A stretch of DNA of 32,016 nt from contig JBGPOG010000001.1 of NCBI GenBank assembly GCA_041487935.1, forward strand, positions 1-32,016. Reading direction: 5' to 3'. The DNA is from Chthonomonadia bacterium. GTDB taxonomy: Bacteria > Armatimonadota > Chthonomonadetes > Chthonomonadales > CAJBBX01. Below, one piece after another: positions 14,022 through 23,109 of the stretch. The notes under the pieces were generated by a model. The model did not search any database. It was not told the origin of the DNA and saw only the letters and a program-made list of their open reading frames with translations. Both the position numbers and the translations under genes were made by a program. Each line of letters opens with the position of its first letter. Position 1 is the first letter of the stretch.

Positions 14022-15203
14022 CTACCGTCTCCGCAGAAACGCCGGAATATCCAAATCGTTTTCGTTGACCGTCTTGACGGTCGGTTCTGCCGGTTCCGTT
14101 ATCTGGTTCAGTGCCGGGGGAGACTGCGGCGGCTGTGGAACCTGCTGGCGGATTACGGGCGGGGTTTCCAGTTGCTTCGCCGTGGGATGCGGCTGAGGCA
14201 CGGTTTGAGCCGCATGAGCATGTCCCTGCTGGCCGCGGTGCCCGGAGAATCCGGTTGCCAGCACGGTCACTCGAACCTGCCCCTCCATGCCGGAGTCGGA
14301 CACCCAGCCGAAGATGATGTTGGCTTCCTTGCGGTCGCACAGCTCGTTGATGAGCAGCGCCGCTTCGTTTGCCTCGGCCAGGGTCAGATCCGGACCCGAT
14401 GTCACGTTGATGAGCACTCTCAAGGCGCCCTCGATGGAGGTTTCCAAGAGCGGGCTGGAGATGGCGGCTTGCGCGGCTTCGACCGCCCGATGATCGCCGC
14501 TGGCGATGCCGATTCCCATCAGCGCCGAGCCCGCGTTCGACATGATGGTCTTGACGTCCGCGAAGTCCACGTTGATCTGGCCGGGGATTGTGATGATATC
14601 GGAAATTCCCTGAACGCCCTGCCTCAGCACGTCATCCGCCACTCGGAATGCCTCCACAAGCGTCATGCGCTTGTCCCCGACGGACAGCAGCTTGTCGTTC
14701 GGGACGATGATCACCGTATCGACTTTGGCTTTCAGATTGTCCACACCCTCTTCCGCGAGCCGCATCCTCCGAGGGCCTTCGAAGTTAAACGGCTTGGTGA
14801 CGACTGCCACCGTCAGCGCGCCGATCTCGCGGGCGATTTCCGCGATTACCGGGGCTGCTCCGGTGCCGGTGCCGCCACCCATGCCGGCCGTGATGAAAAC
14901 CATGTCCGCGCCATCCATAGCCTTCTTGATTTCGCTCTTGCTCTCTTCAGCGGCGCTTCGGCCGATCTCAGGGTTGCCGCCGGCGCCCAATCCCCGGGTC
15001 AAGTTTTCGCCGAGCTGCATTTTCAAGGGAGCCAGCGCGATGTTGAGCACCTGGCGATCGGTATTCATTGCCAGGAAGTCGACTCCCGTTAAGCCGGATT
15101 CTATCATCCGGTTAACAGCGTTCGTCCCGCCGCCACCGACGCCTATGACCTTGATATGCGCGCCTACGGTCTCTTCGAACCGCCCCCCGCTGAAACCTGA
15201 CAT
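14022..15203 (-). CDS. ftsZ: Cell division GTPase FtsZ
   Basis: Motifs [13 protein letters not shown] and the tubulin signature [16 protein letters not shown] are present. A P/Q-rich linker leads to the conserved C-terminal peptide [12 protein letters not shown] prefer the ATG at 15203 over the track's TTG at 15209. Confidence 0.97.
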   Translation of the reverse strand: MSGFSGGRFEETVGAHIKVIGVGGGGTNAVNRMIESGLTGVDFLAMNTDRQVLNIALAPLKMQLGENLTRGLGAGGNPEIGRSAAEESKSEIKKAMDGADMVFITAGMGGGTGTGAAPVIAEIAREIGALTVAVVTKPFNFEGPRRMRLAEEGVDNLKAKVDTVIIVPNDKLLSVGDKRMTLVEAFRVADDVLRQGVQGISDIITIPGQINVDFADVKTIMSNAGSALMGIGIASGDHRAVEAAQAAISSPLLETSIEGALRVLINVTSGPDLTLAEANEAALLINELCDRKEANIIFGWVSDSGMEGQVRVTVLATGFSGHRGQQGHAHAAQTVPQPHPTAKQLETPPVIRQQVPQPPQSPPALNQITEPAEPTVKTVNENDLDIPAFLRRR

Positions 15204-15338
15204 AAGCAATGGCCCCCTTATCGAATCTGTCGCGTCCCGGCCTTATCGGCCGATAAGAATTCTCGATGATGTGTTGGTCCTGCCGATCGGTGCAATTGTT
15301 CGACCTGTAATCGGCTGTATTGTCCGGGAACTCGTCAT

Positions 15339-16580
15339 TCAATCCGTGCGAAGCTTGTTGAATATGCCTGACAAGAAACGGGAAACCCCTCCGAGGGGGC
15401 CCTGGGCCGCGAGGTTGCGGCGCTGTTCCATCTGCCGGTGCATGCCGTACTGAACCAGACCGACTGAAGTGGCGAACGTAGGACTCTCCACAGAATCCGC
15501 CAGGCCCCAGATTCCCGCCGTCTTGCCCAGCCGAACGGGCATTTTCAGAACGTCTCCCGAACACCCAAGCGTACCACGCAAAAGCGACCCGCCGCCGGTC
15601 AGAACCATGCCGGCAGGGACAGTATTCTGACACCCGGACTTCACAATCTCTTTCTGCACGAACTGGAAAAGCTCCTGCATCCTGGCTTCCACGATTTCGC
15701 AAAGAACGCGGCGCCTCAGAGTTCTGCGCTCCGAGCTCCCGATCGGTGTGAGCGGGAATCCTTCGTTCTCCCCGACGCCTTCAGACGTGGCGGATCCGTG
15801 CTCGATTTTGACCTTTTCTGCCTCTTCAAGGTTAACGCGCAGCAGCGTCGCTATGTCGCTCGTCACATGGTTGCCGCCAACCGGGATTACGGCGGAATAG
15901 AAAATCTCCCCGCTTTGAAAGATTGCCAGGTCGCTCGTTCCGCCGCCAATATCTACCATGCAGACGCCGAGATTCTTTTCGGCCGGCAGCACGACTGCTT
16001 CGGCTGTTGCGATCGGCTCAAGAACCATATTTGCGTGTGCGAGCCCGGCCCGGAGCACGCATTTTTCCACGTTTTGGAGAAACGTGTGCGCGCCCGTTAC
16101 GATGTGGGTCTCGACCTCCAGCCTGGAGCCGGACATGCCAACCGGCTGGCGGATGCCGTTGTGCCCGTCGACGGAATAGGAACGTGGAATTGCGTGGAGA
16201 ATCTCACGATCCGGCGGAATAACGATGACGCACGAGGCTTGAAGGACGCGGTTGACGTCGTCTTCGTTGATCTCGCGGCTGGGATGGGTAATCGCGATAC
16301 GCCCGCTGGAGTTCAAGGAGGCAATGTGCTCGCCGGTCACCCCGACATAGACGTTAGAAACCGTGTTACCGGACTGCTGCTCGGCCTTGCCGACGGCCTC
16401 TTTGATGGACTGAACGGTCGAATCTAGATCGACGACGATGCCCCGTTTGAGCCCGCTCGACGGGTTAACGCCGACGCCAACGACGATCAACTCACCGCTA
16501 TCGCCAATTTCAGCGATAACGCAACAAGTCTTGGTCGTTCCAATATCCAGGCCGGCAATGAGATCGTGTTTCACCGACAA
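15339..16580 (-). CDS. ftsA: Cell division protein FtsA (actin-like ATPase)
   Basis: Motifs LDIGTTKTCCVIAE, VDIGGGTSDLAIF and MVLTGGGSLL are present. It sits immediately upstream of ftsZ. TTG start at 16580; a GTG at 16574 is also possible. Confidence 0.95.
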   Translation of the reverse strand: MSVKHDLIAGLDIGTTKTCCVIAEIGDSGELIVVGVGVNPSSGLKRGIVVDLDSTVQSIKEAVGKAEQQSGNTVSNVYVGVTGEHIASLNSSGRIAITHPSREINEDDVNRVLQASCVIVIPPDREILHAIPRSYSVDGHNGIRQPVGMSGSRLEVETHIVTGAHTFLQNVEKCVLRAGLAHANMVLEPIATAEAVVLPAEKNLGVCMVDIGGGTSDLAIFQSGEIFYSAVIPVGGNHVTSDIATLLRVNLEEAEKVKIEHGSATSEGVGENEGFPLTPIGSSERRTLRRRVLCEIVEARMQELFQFVQKEIVKSGCQNTVPAGMVLTGGGSLLRGTLGCSGDVLKMPVRLGKTAGIWGLADSVESPTFATSVGLVQYGMHRQMEQRRNLAAQGPLGGVSRFLSGIFNKLRTD

Positions 16581-16825
16581 TCGCTCCGGGGTTTATACAA
16601 TAGGAGGCAGTGTGCGGTCTGCCAAAATGAACGAATGCAGGGCCGGCGGATAACGAGGTGTGTGAACCGCGCGCGAACCCTGCTACGTTACAGCCATAGA
16701 TTATACCGGCAACGCCCCAATGCGTGAACTGTGAACGCCGGTGATTCAAATGATTTTATCAGGAGTTTTTGGGGAAGTATCCAACAGGCCGCTCCTCCAC
16801 AGTCAGCGCCTCTTGTTTTTGGCCA

Positions 16826-16854
16826 TTCAGGCACTCTTGGCGCTATGGTAAAAT
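16826..16854 (+). promoter_or_regulatory. Possible sigma-70-type promoter with an extended -10, upstream of the cysteine desulfurase gene
   Basis: tg-g-taaaat at 16846-16854 is an extended -10 element. A weak -35 (ttcagg, 16826-16831) lies at 17-nt spacing. This is a sequence match only. Confidence 0.25.
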
Positions 16855-16927
16855 GTGACCGAAAGTCCGAAATCCCGAAAGGCCGACAAACCAATTTCCC
16901 AACAACCCAACAACTCAATGACCCCAA

Positions 16928-18088
16928 ATGCCAAACCTTCCCATCTACTTAGACAATAACGCATCCACCCCCGTGGATTCCCGCGTACTGGAAACGATGC
17001 TGCCGTACTTCACCGAGCATTTTGGCAACGCGGCCAGCACCGGACATGCGTTTGGGCGCAAGGCCCGCGAGGCGGTTGAACGGTCGAGAGCATCCATCGC
17101 GAAGGCGATCGGCGCCGCTAAGGCGGAAGAGATCGTATTCACGTCCGGCGCGACGGAATCGGATGGACTTGCGCTGCGCGGATTAGCCGGTCGTTACCGC
17201 GACAAAGGCAATCACATCATTACGGTAACGACCGAGCACAAGGCCGTGCTTGACACCTGCCGCCGCCTCGAACGTGAAGGCTTCGAGGTGACATATCTTG
17301 GTGTCGAGCGGGATGGTCTGATCGATCTGAACCGGCTCACGGACGAAATCACGGCGAAGACGATCGTCGTGTCTGTCATGGCGGCAAACAATGAAATCGG
17401 CGTTATCCAGAACATCTCGTCAATTGGCTGGCTCTGCAAAGAAGAGGGCGTTCTATTTCACACGGACGCGACCCAGGCGGTCGGAAAAATCCCGTTCTGT
17501 GTAGAAGAGATGAATGTCGATCTGGCCTCGTTCACAGCCCACAAGATCTACGGACCGAAGGGCGTCGGCGCGCTCTACGTTCGCGGAAGCAGCCCTCACG
17601 TTGAGCTCGAAGCGCAGATCGACGGCGGAGGACACGAAGGCGGCTGCAGGTCCGGTACGTTAAACGTCACAGGGATAATCGGGTTGTGTAAGGCCGTCGA
17701 ATTGTGCCTTGAGGAGATCGATACTGAAGCTCGCCGCCTTATCCACCTCCGCGACCGGCTGAAGAACGGCATTCAACAAGAGGTCGGCGGAGTGTCACTA
17801 AACGGCCACGAGACCGCCCGCCTTCCCGGGCACCTCAACTTGTCATTTGAAGGGATCGATGGCGGGAACCTGCTTGGCACAATGCCTGAGATCGCACTTT
17901 CTACGACTTCCGCTTGCTCCACGGGCGCCCGAACCGCGTCACATGTACTGACAGCCCTCGGGTTGGACGGAGATCGGGCCTTCAGCGCCATCCGTTTCGG
18001 AATCGGGCGCTTCAATACCGAGGAAGAGATCGACTACACAATCGGCCGAATTGCGGATGCTGTCGCTAAACAGCGCCGGTTTCGATAG
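16928..18088 (+). CDS. Class I (NifS/IscS-type) PLP-dependent cysteine desulfurase
   Basis: 386 aa. The PLP-lysine motif is FTAHKIYGPKGVGALYV, and the active-site Cys loop is LSTTSACSTG. The N-terminus, IYLDNNASTP, is typical of the family. Confidence 0.92.
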   Translation: MPNLPIYLDNNASTPVDSRVLETMLPYFTEHFGNAASTGHAFGRKAREAVERSRASIAKAIGAAKAEEIVFTSGATESDGLALRGLAGRYRDKGNHIITVTTEHKAVLDTCRRLEREGFEVTYLGVERDGLIDLNRLTDEITAKTIVVSVMAANNEIGVIQNISSIGWLCKEEGVLFHTDATQAVGKIPFCVEEMNVDLASFTAHKIYGPKGVGALYVRGSSPHVELEAQIDGGGHEGGCRSGTLNVTGIIGLCKAVELCLEEIDTEARRLIHLRDRLKNGIQQEVGGVSLNGHETARLPGHLNLSFEGIDGGNLLGTMPEIALSTTSACSTGARTASHVLTALGLDGDRAFSAIRFGIGRFNTEEEIDYTIGRIADAVAKQRRFR

Positions 18089-18128
18089 AGACGTATCACG
18101 CCGTCCGACCGGCAACTCATTCAACCGG

Positions 18129-18437
18129 ATGAAATCGTACGACGAAACGACGGTCACCTTTCTGCATGCCGAACGTCAGGTTGCGGCTCATCCTGGCGAT
18201 ACGCTGCTCGATGTCGCGCTCGACAATGGCATCGACCTGCCGCACGAGTGCGGCGGAAACTGCAGTTGCACAACTTGCCATGTTGTAATCCTCGCCGGCT
18301 CCGCCAACCTTTCTCCAATTGAAGAACCTGAGGCGTATAGGCTCCAGTTTGCCACAGATAACGTCGCCGGCTCACGTCTCGCGTGCCAGGCGCTTATCAA
18401 GCCGGGATCTATTACAGTGGAGATACGTCGCGGTTAA
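18129..18437 (+). CDS. [2Fe-2S] ferredoxin (adrenodoxin/ISC Fdx type)
   Basis: ATG at 18129 (MKSYDETTVTF...). The cluster ligands follow the pattern Cx5Cx2C...C: HECGGNCSCTTCHV ... RLACQ. The track's start at 18051 overlaps the desulfurase gene. Confidence 0.85.
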   Translation: MKSYDETTVTFLHAERQVAAHPGDTLLDVALDNGIDLPHECGGNCSCTTCHVVILAGSANLSPIEEPEAYRLQFATDNVAGSRLACQALIKPGSITVEIRRG

Positions 18438-18470
18438 TGCCCGCTCCGGCGTCCGCTAATTGCAATCATC

Positions 18471-18491
18471 ACTATTGTTCGGAACAATAGT
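18471..18491. promoter_or_regulatory. Perfect 9+9 palindrome (actattgtt-cgg-aacaatagt): candidate operator or weak terminator
   Basis: It lies in the intergenic region between the ferredoxin stop (18437) and the glycosyltransferase start. The arms are 18471-18479 and 18483-18491. The stem is AT-rich and is followed by ttgccttctc. Confidence 0.35.
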
Positions 18492-18648
18492 TGCCTTCTC
18501 GGTGTAAACATATACATACGCTATCCGAACCAGGTAGAGTGACCCCACGAGGTTAAGCAATCGTCCGTTCGCAAGCTGACGATCGTTGAAACGCGAGTCC
18601 CGGCGGAAGCGGGGTATCGTTCCCGCGCCGGTCGGATGCGACAAAACG

Positions 18649-21087
18649 ATGACGAGAGGTCAACCCGCCATGAGCCTGCTAGTCAATGGGCTGCTGTCGA
18701 AGTCTCTGGGAATTAGACAGAAAGCGCGTCCCGTCCGAGAGAACGGCTTTCAGGAAGAACGACATTCCGAAATCAGAAAGGTGGCTTTCGTCGCCGATTA
18801 CGTCCCACGCCGATGCGGAATTGCAACCTTTACAAACGATCTTCGCGGCGCGCTTGCGGACCAATACCCGGGCTCCGAATGTGTGGTCGCAGCGGTTAAT
18901 GACGTCGACACTGGATATGAGTATCCGGCTGAAGTTCGCTTCGAGATCGACGAGCAGGACCCGGAATCCTATCGAAGAGCTGCAGATTTCCTGAACTTCG
19001 GAAATTTCGACGCGATTTCGATCCAGCACGAGTTCGGCATTTTTGGAGGACCGGCGGGCAGCCACATCCTCGCCCTCATGCGATATCTGGACACTCCCGT
19101 CGTCACGACGCTCCACACCGTGCTCCGCGAGCCGAATGCCAGGCAGCTTCGCGTCATCAACCAATTGGACGAGCTGTCCGCGCGCCTGGTTGTCATGTCG
19201 GAGACCGGAAAGCAGATGCTTCAAGAGGTATACGGAGTCCGGAAGGAAAAAATCGATCTTATCGCGCACGGAATTCCTGACATGCCGTTTGTCGATCCCA
19301 ACTTCTACAAAGACAAATTTGGGGTCGAGGGGAAATATGTGCTTCTTACGTTCGGCCTGCTCTCGCCGAATAAGGGTATCGAATACGTTCTCAGGGCGCT
19401 TCCGGACGTGATCCGCCAATTCCCGAACCTTGTCTATATCGTTCTCGGGGCCACGCATCCGAGCCTGCTCCGAAGCGAAGGAGAGTCCTACCGCATCGGG
19501 TTGGAACGGCTAACGCACGATCTGGGGATCAAGCGGCACGTCATATTCCATAACCGGTTCGTCGAGTTGAGCGAGCTCAAGGAGTTTATCGGCGCCACGG
19601 ACCTCTACGTCACGCCTTATCTCAATCCCGCGCAGACCACCTCCGGCACCCTGGCATACGCCTTCGGGTGCGGCAAGGCGGTGATTTCTACTCCTTATTG
19701 GCACGCTGAAGAGCTCCTCGCGGAGGACCGCGGCTTACTGGTGCCGTTTGGAGAACATCAACCTATTGCTAACGGAATTCTGGAGATTTTAAGCGACGAG
19801 ACCCGGCGCCACGCCATGCGCAAGCGGGCCTACATGCTTGGGCGCGAAATGATCTGGAGCGAGGTTGCACAGCAGTACATGTCGTCCTTCGAGAAGGCGC
19901 GTCGCACTCGCAAGGATGCCGTCCGCCGGCTTATCGTGCGAACCCTGGAAGAACAACAGCGCCAGCTCCCGCCAATTCGGCTGGACCACCTCCGGCGACT
20001 GACCGATTTCACTGGCATCTTCCAGCACGCCACGTATTCGCTTCCGAATTACGCCGAAGGATACTGCACCGACGACTGCGCCCGGGCGTTCCTGGCAACG
20101 TTGCTTCTTGAAGATCTTGGCCACGATCCCCGGGACGTTCTCCGGCTCGGCAGTATCTACGCTGCCTTCTTGAACCATGCGTTCGACCGCGAGCGCGGCC
20201 GATTCCGCAATTTCATGGCCTATGACAGGCACTGGCAGCCGGAAGGGGAATCGGACGACTGCCAGGGCCGTGCAGTCTGGGCGTTGGGGATGTGCCTTGG
20301 CCGCTCCCGCCAGCAAAACCTTAGAATGTGGGCGGCGGGAATCTTCGGTCCCGCGCTGTCCGAACTGATGAATACTACCTCCCCGCGAGCTTGGGCTTTC
20401 GGCCTTTTAGGAATTCACGAATACCTGCGCCAGTTGAGCGGAGACCGGCACGTGAACATGGCCCGAGAGGATCTCGCAAATCGCCTGGTCGATCTGTTCC
20501 ATCGCAGCTCGCGACCGGACTGGCCGTGGTTCGAAGACATCCTCTCCTACGATAACGCCGTCCTTTCTCACGCTCTAATTCTGAGCGGGCGCTGGACCGA
20601 TCACGAGCAAGCCTTCGATATCGGCATCCGTTCGTTAAGATGGCTTGCGGAGCTACAGCGCGCGCCGTCCGGACATTTCCGGCCGATCGGGAGCGCCGGA
20701 TTTTATCGCTATGGCGGAAACAGAGCCGAGTTCGACCAGCAGCCGATAGAAGCCTATGGAATGACCGCGGCCAGTCTCGAAGCCTATCGCTGTACGAACG
20801 AATCCTGGTGGCTCGATCAAGCATGGTCGGCGTTCGAGTGGTTCCTTGGAAGGAACGATCTCAGCCAGCCGGTCTACGACGCGGGGACGGGCGGATGCCG
20901 CGACGGGTTACACGTGGATCGGGCCAACCAGAACCAGGGTGCGGAATCCACAATCGCATTCCTCCTGGCGCGCGCGGAAATGGGCCTTATCGAGAGCACG
21001 CTCAGCGCGTTTCGTCAGCCGGAAGACCCTGGCCTTCCTGCCGCCGTCGTCACCACCCATTTTGAGGCGGGGACCGTTAAGATTTGA
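18649..21087 (+). CDS. GT4-family glycosyltransferase fused to a C-terminal (alpha/alpha)6-barrel-like domain
   Basis: I prefer the ATG at 18649; the track's TTG is at 18586. The N-terminal half has a GT-B/GT4 layout (KVAFVADYVPRRCGIATFTNDL, LLTFGLLSPNKGIEY, GTLAYAFGCGKAVISTPYWHAEELL). The roughly 400-aa C-terminal half carries motifs typical of six-hairpin glycosidase-like folds: GYCTDDCARAFLA, GRAVWALGMC, SYDNAVLSHALIL, QGAESTIAFLLA. Confidence 0.85.
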   Translation: MTRGQPAMSLLVNGLLSKSLGIRQKARPVRENGFQEERHSEIRKVAFVADYVPRRCGIATFTNDLRGALADQYPGSECVVAAVNDVDTGYEYPAEVRFEIDEQDPESYRRAADFLNFGNFDAISIQHEFGIFGGPAGSHILALMRYLDTPVVTTLHTVLREPNARQLRVINQLDELSARLVVMSETGKQMLQEVYGVRKEKIDLIAHGIPDMPFVDPNFYKDKFGVEGKYVLLTFGLLSPNKGIEYVLRALPDVIRQFPNLVYIVLGATHPSLLRSEGESYRIGLERLTHDLGIKRHVIFHNRFVELSELKEFIGATDLYVTPYLNPAQTTSGTLAYAFGCGKAVISTPYWHAEELLAEDRGLLVPFGEHQPIANGILEILSDETRRHAMRKRAYMLGREMIWSEVAQQYMSSFEKARRTRKDAVRRLIVRTLEEQQRQLPPIRLDHLRRLTDFTGIFQHATYSLPNYAEGYCTDDCARAFLATLLLEDLGHDPRDVLRLGSIYAAFLNHAFDRERGRFRNFMAYDRHWQPEGESDDCQGRAVWALGMCLGRSRQQNLRMWAAGIFGPALSELMNTTSPRAWAFGLLGIHEYLRQLSGDRHVNMAREDLANRLVDLFHRSSRPDWPWFEDILSYDNAVLSHALILSGRWTDHEQAFDIGIRSLRWLAELQRAPSGHFRPIGSAGFYRYGGNRAEFDQQPIEAYGMTAASLEAYRCTNESWWLDQAWSAFEWFLGRNDLSQPVYDAGTGGCRDGLHVDRANQNQGAESTIAFLLARAEMGLIESTLSAFRQPEDPGLPAAVVTTHFEAGTVKI

Positions 21088-22535
21088 TGATTGTAAAGCG
21101 CAGCGGCCTGGTCCTCAAGCCACAGAGCGCGCGCGTCCTCGTTCGGCGATTCGTCCCCAAGAACGAGGAGCGCATCGTCAAGATCATCGCGAGAGTATCG
21201 GCCCTTTCCGAAGACGAAGTTTGCCGGCTTATCAAGCAGGTATTGGATGAATTCGTTGGCCGGCATCAAAAGCTCAAGCGGTTCCTGATCGGCCAATTCG
21301 AAGAGGTTCGGCGATTCCTGATCACGGATGCGCCACTCTCCGAGGAGCGGCGGCTCCTCATTGGATCGTACTTCACGCAAGAATACGCGCTGGAATCCGC
21401 AGGTCTGCTCAACCCCTCCATGATCTGGCACCCGGACCAGACCGGCATCGAGGAAGGATCCAAGCGGTTCATCTTGAGCCTGCGGGCGATAGGCGAAGGC
21501 CACATTTCGTCCATCACATTCCGTACAGGGGTAATTGACGCAGAACACCGCATCGCGTTGGATATTCCCTCGGCATTCGCTACGTCCCCAGAAGTCGTGC
21601 CGAATGCTGCCTACGATCGGTCGTTATTCGAACGGAAACTGATGGAGCTCGGCTTCGCGGGCGGCGTGGCAGAGCAGGTCTTGTCGACGCTCCCGGATAC
21701 GTTCTCATTCGACGAGCTGCAATCTATCCTCAAACTTATAGGGCGGCGCCATCGCGCGGAGCCTCAGGAATTCGATCGCACGAGCAGGGGAATCCTGACC
21801 CTGGCTCAGGCAAACTACGAAGTCGAGTTTTCGCCGGACGAGCACCTGTCCGCGAGAATCATCTTCCCGACCTCGCCGACAGAAGCCAGAGGAATTGAAG
21901 ACGCTCGCTTTGTCGAGTTTCATGAAGACAACGGACAGGTCTGTTATTATGCTACCTATAGCGCTTACGATGGGGAAGTTGTATTACCCCAGATCCTCGA
22001 AACGGATGATTTCCTCCACTTCCGCCTCTACACCCTCAACGGCCCCGAAGTCCAAAACAAGGGCATGGCTCTGTTCCCTCGCAGAATAGACGGCCAGTAT
22101 GCGATGATCTCCCGCCAGGACAACGAAAACATCTATCTGATGTATTCGGATATGCTGCACTTCTGGCACTCGAAGGAGCCGATCGTCAAACCGACGTTCC
22201 CATGGGAGTTCGTGCAGCTTGGCAACTGCGGCTCTCCGATCGAGACGGAAGAGGGTTGGCTGGTCCTCAGCCACGGAGTCGGGCCAATGCGCAAGTACGC
22301 CATCGGAGCATTCCTACTGGATCGCCACGACCCGCGCAAGGTAATCGGCCGCCTATCGAAGCCACTGCTGACTCCGGAAGGGGACGAATGGGAGGGGTAC
22401 GTTCCAAACGTGGTCTATAGCTGCGGAGGCATTGTACACAACGGAGAACTGATCGTCCCGTACGCAATGTCAGACTATGCCAGCAGCTTCGCAACGGTCC
22501 CGCTCAAGGAATTATTGGCAGAAATGGACCCGTAG
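21087..22535 (+). CDS. GH130-family glycoside phosphorylase/hydrolase-like protein with an N-terminal extension of about 170 aa
   Basis: ATG at 21087 overlaps the GT stop by 1 nt (TGATG). The C-terminal beta-propeller region matches GH130/DUF377-type sequences: EDARFVEF, YYATYSAYDG, NKGMALFPRRIDGQYAMISR, GWLVLSHGVG, YAIGAFLLD, VPNVVYSCGGIVHNGELIVPYAMSD. Confidence 0.85.
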   Translation: MIVKRSGLVLKPQSARVLVRRFVPKNEERIVKIIARVSALSEDEVCRLIKQVLDEFVGRHQKLKRFLIGQFEEVRRFLITDAPLSEERRLLIGSYFTQEYALESAGLLNPSMIWHPDQTGIEEGSKRFILSLRAIGEGHISSITFRTGVIDAEHRIALDIPSAFATSPEVVPNAAYDRSLFERKLMELGFAGGVAEQVLSTLPDTFSFDELQSILKLIGRRHRAEPQEFDRTSRGILTLAQANYEVEFSPDEHLSARIIFPTSPTEARGIEDARFVEFHEDNGQVCYYATYSAYDGEVVLPQILETDDFLHFRLYTLNGPEVQNKGMALFPRRIDGQYAMISRQDNENIYLMYSDMLHFWHSKEPIVKPTFPWEFVQLGNCGSPIETEEGWLVLSHGVGPMRKYAIGAFLLDRHDPRKVIGRLSKPLLTPEGDEWEGYVPNVVYSCGGIVHNGELIVPYAMSDYASSFATVPLKELLAEMDP

Positions 22536-22560
22536 GGACGCGCACCATGCGTACAAGGCG

Positions 22561-23100
22561 CTACTCCCGCGGCATCTTCGTGATATGCCAGCGCGCTTTC
22601 GATCCCCGGCTGTTCTGAATTTCGACGTCCAGCGGCTCGCCACGGCCGGCCAACGCGGCTGGAATGGCTGCCATCAAGAAATACCGCGGATAGTTGTTCG
22701 CGAAATTCGCATTCTGATTGGCGATATGCCACTGAAGCTCTTCGCTCCTGACACCAGGCGATGAGGCCCTAACGGTAAAGAGTCTGCGGTCGTAACTCAT
22801 TTTATCGGGCTGCTTCTGCGCGTCTGACGTGATTGTTACCTCCATCCAAATTCCGACGCTCCCGGCAGGCGCCTTAACCTCCGCCCAATTCTCCTGGCCG
22901 CCATTCATCGCATCGAGGTAGTAGTGTCTCGCGACCCCGTCCGGACCCACCGGTTTCAACTCTGCAAGCTCAAACTCACCCTGGCGAGCAGGCGTGGATG
23001 CATCCACGCGCGCGGATTGACCCATCCGCATCATCATCGAGGCTGCGCTTAGGATGCAGATCACGCCAAGAATTGCAACCGGTGTTAGTTGGAGTTTCAT
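22561..23100 (-). CDS. Secreted hypothetical protein
   Basis: 179 aa with an ATG start and an N-terminal hydrophobic signal-like segment (MKLQLTPVAILGVICILSAASMMM). It starts 10 nt downstream of the preceding gene's stop on the same strand. I recognise no domain. Confidence 0.6.
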   Translation of the reverse strand: MKLQLTPVAILGVICILSAASMMMRMGQSARVDASTPARQGEFELAELKPVGPDGVARHYYLDAMNGGQENWAEVKAPAGSVGIWMEVTITSDAQKQPDKMSYDRRLFTVRASSPGVRSEELQWHIANQNANFANNYPRYFLMAAIPAALAGRGEPLDVEIQNSRGSKARWHITKMPRE

Positions 23101-23109
23101 CTCGTTCGA

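Noticed and set aside
14172-16427. Long plus-strand ORFs (14172-15092, 14665-15453, 15798-16427) across ftsZ/ftsA
   Set aside because: They lie antisense to unmistakable ftsZ and ftsA coding sequences and have no domain signatures.
18679-20316. Minus-strand ORFs 18679-19458 and 19789-20316 inside the glycosyltransferase gene
   Set aside because: They lie antisense to a continuous 813-833-aa GT4 frame with recognisable motifs and have none of their own.
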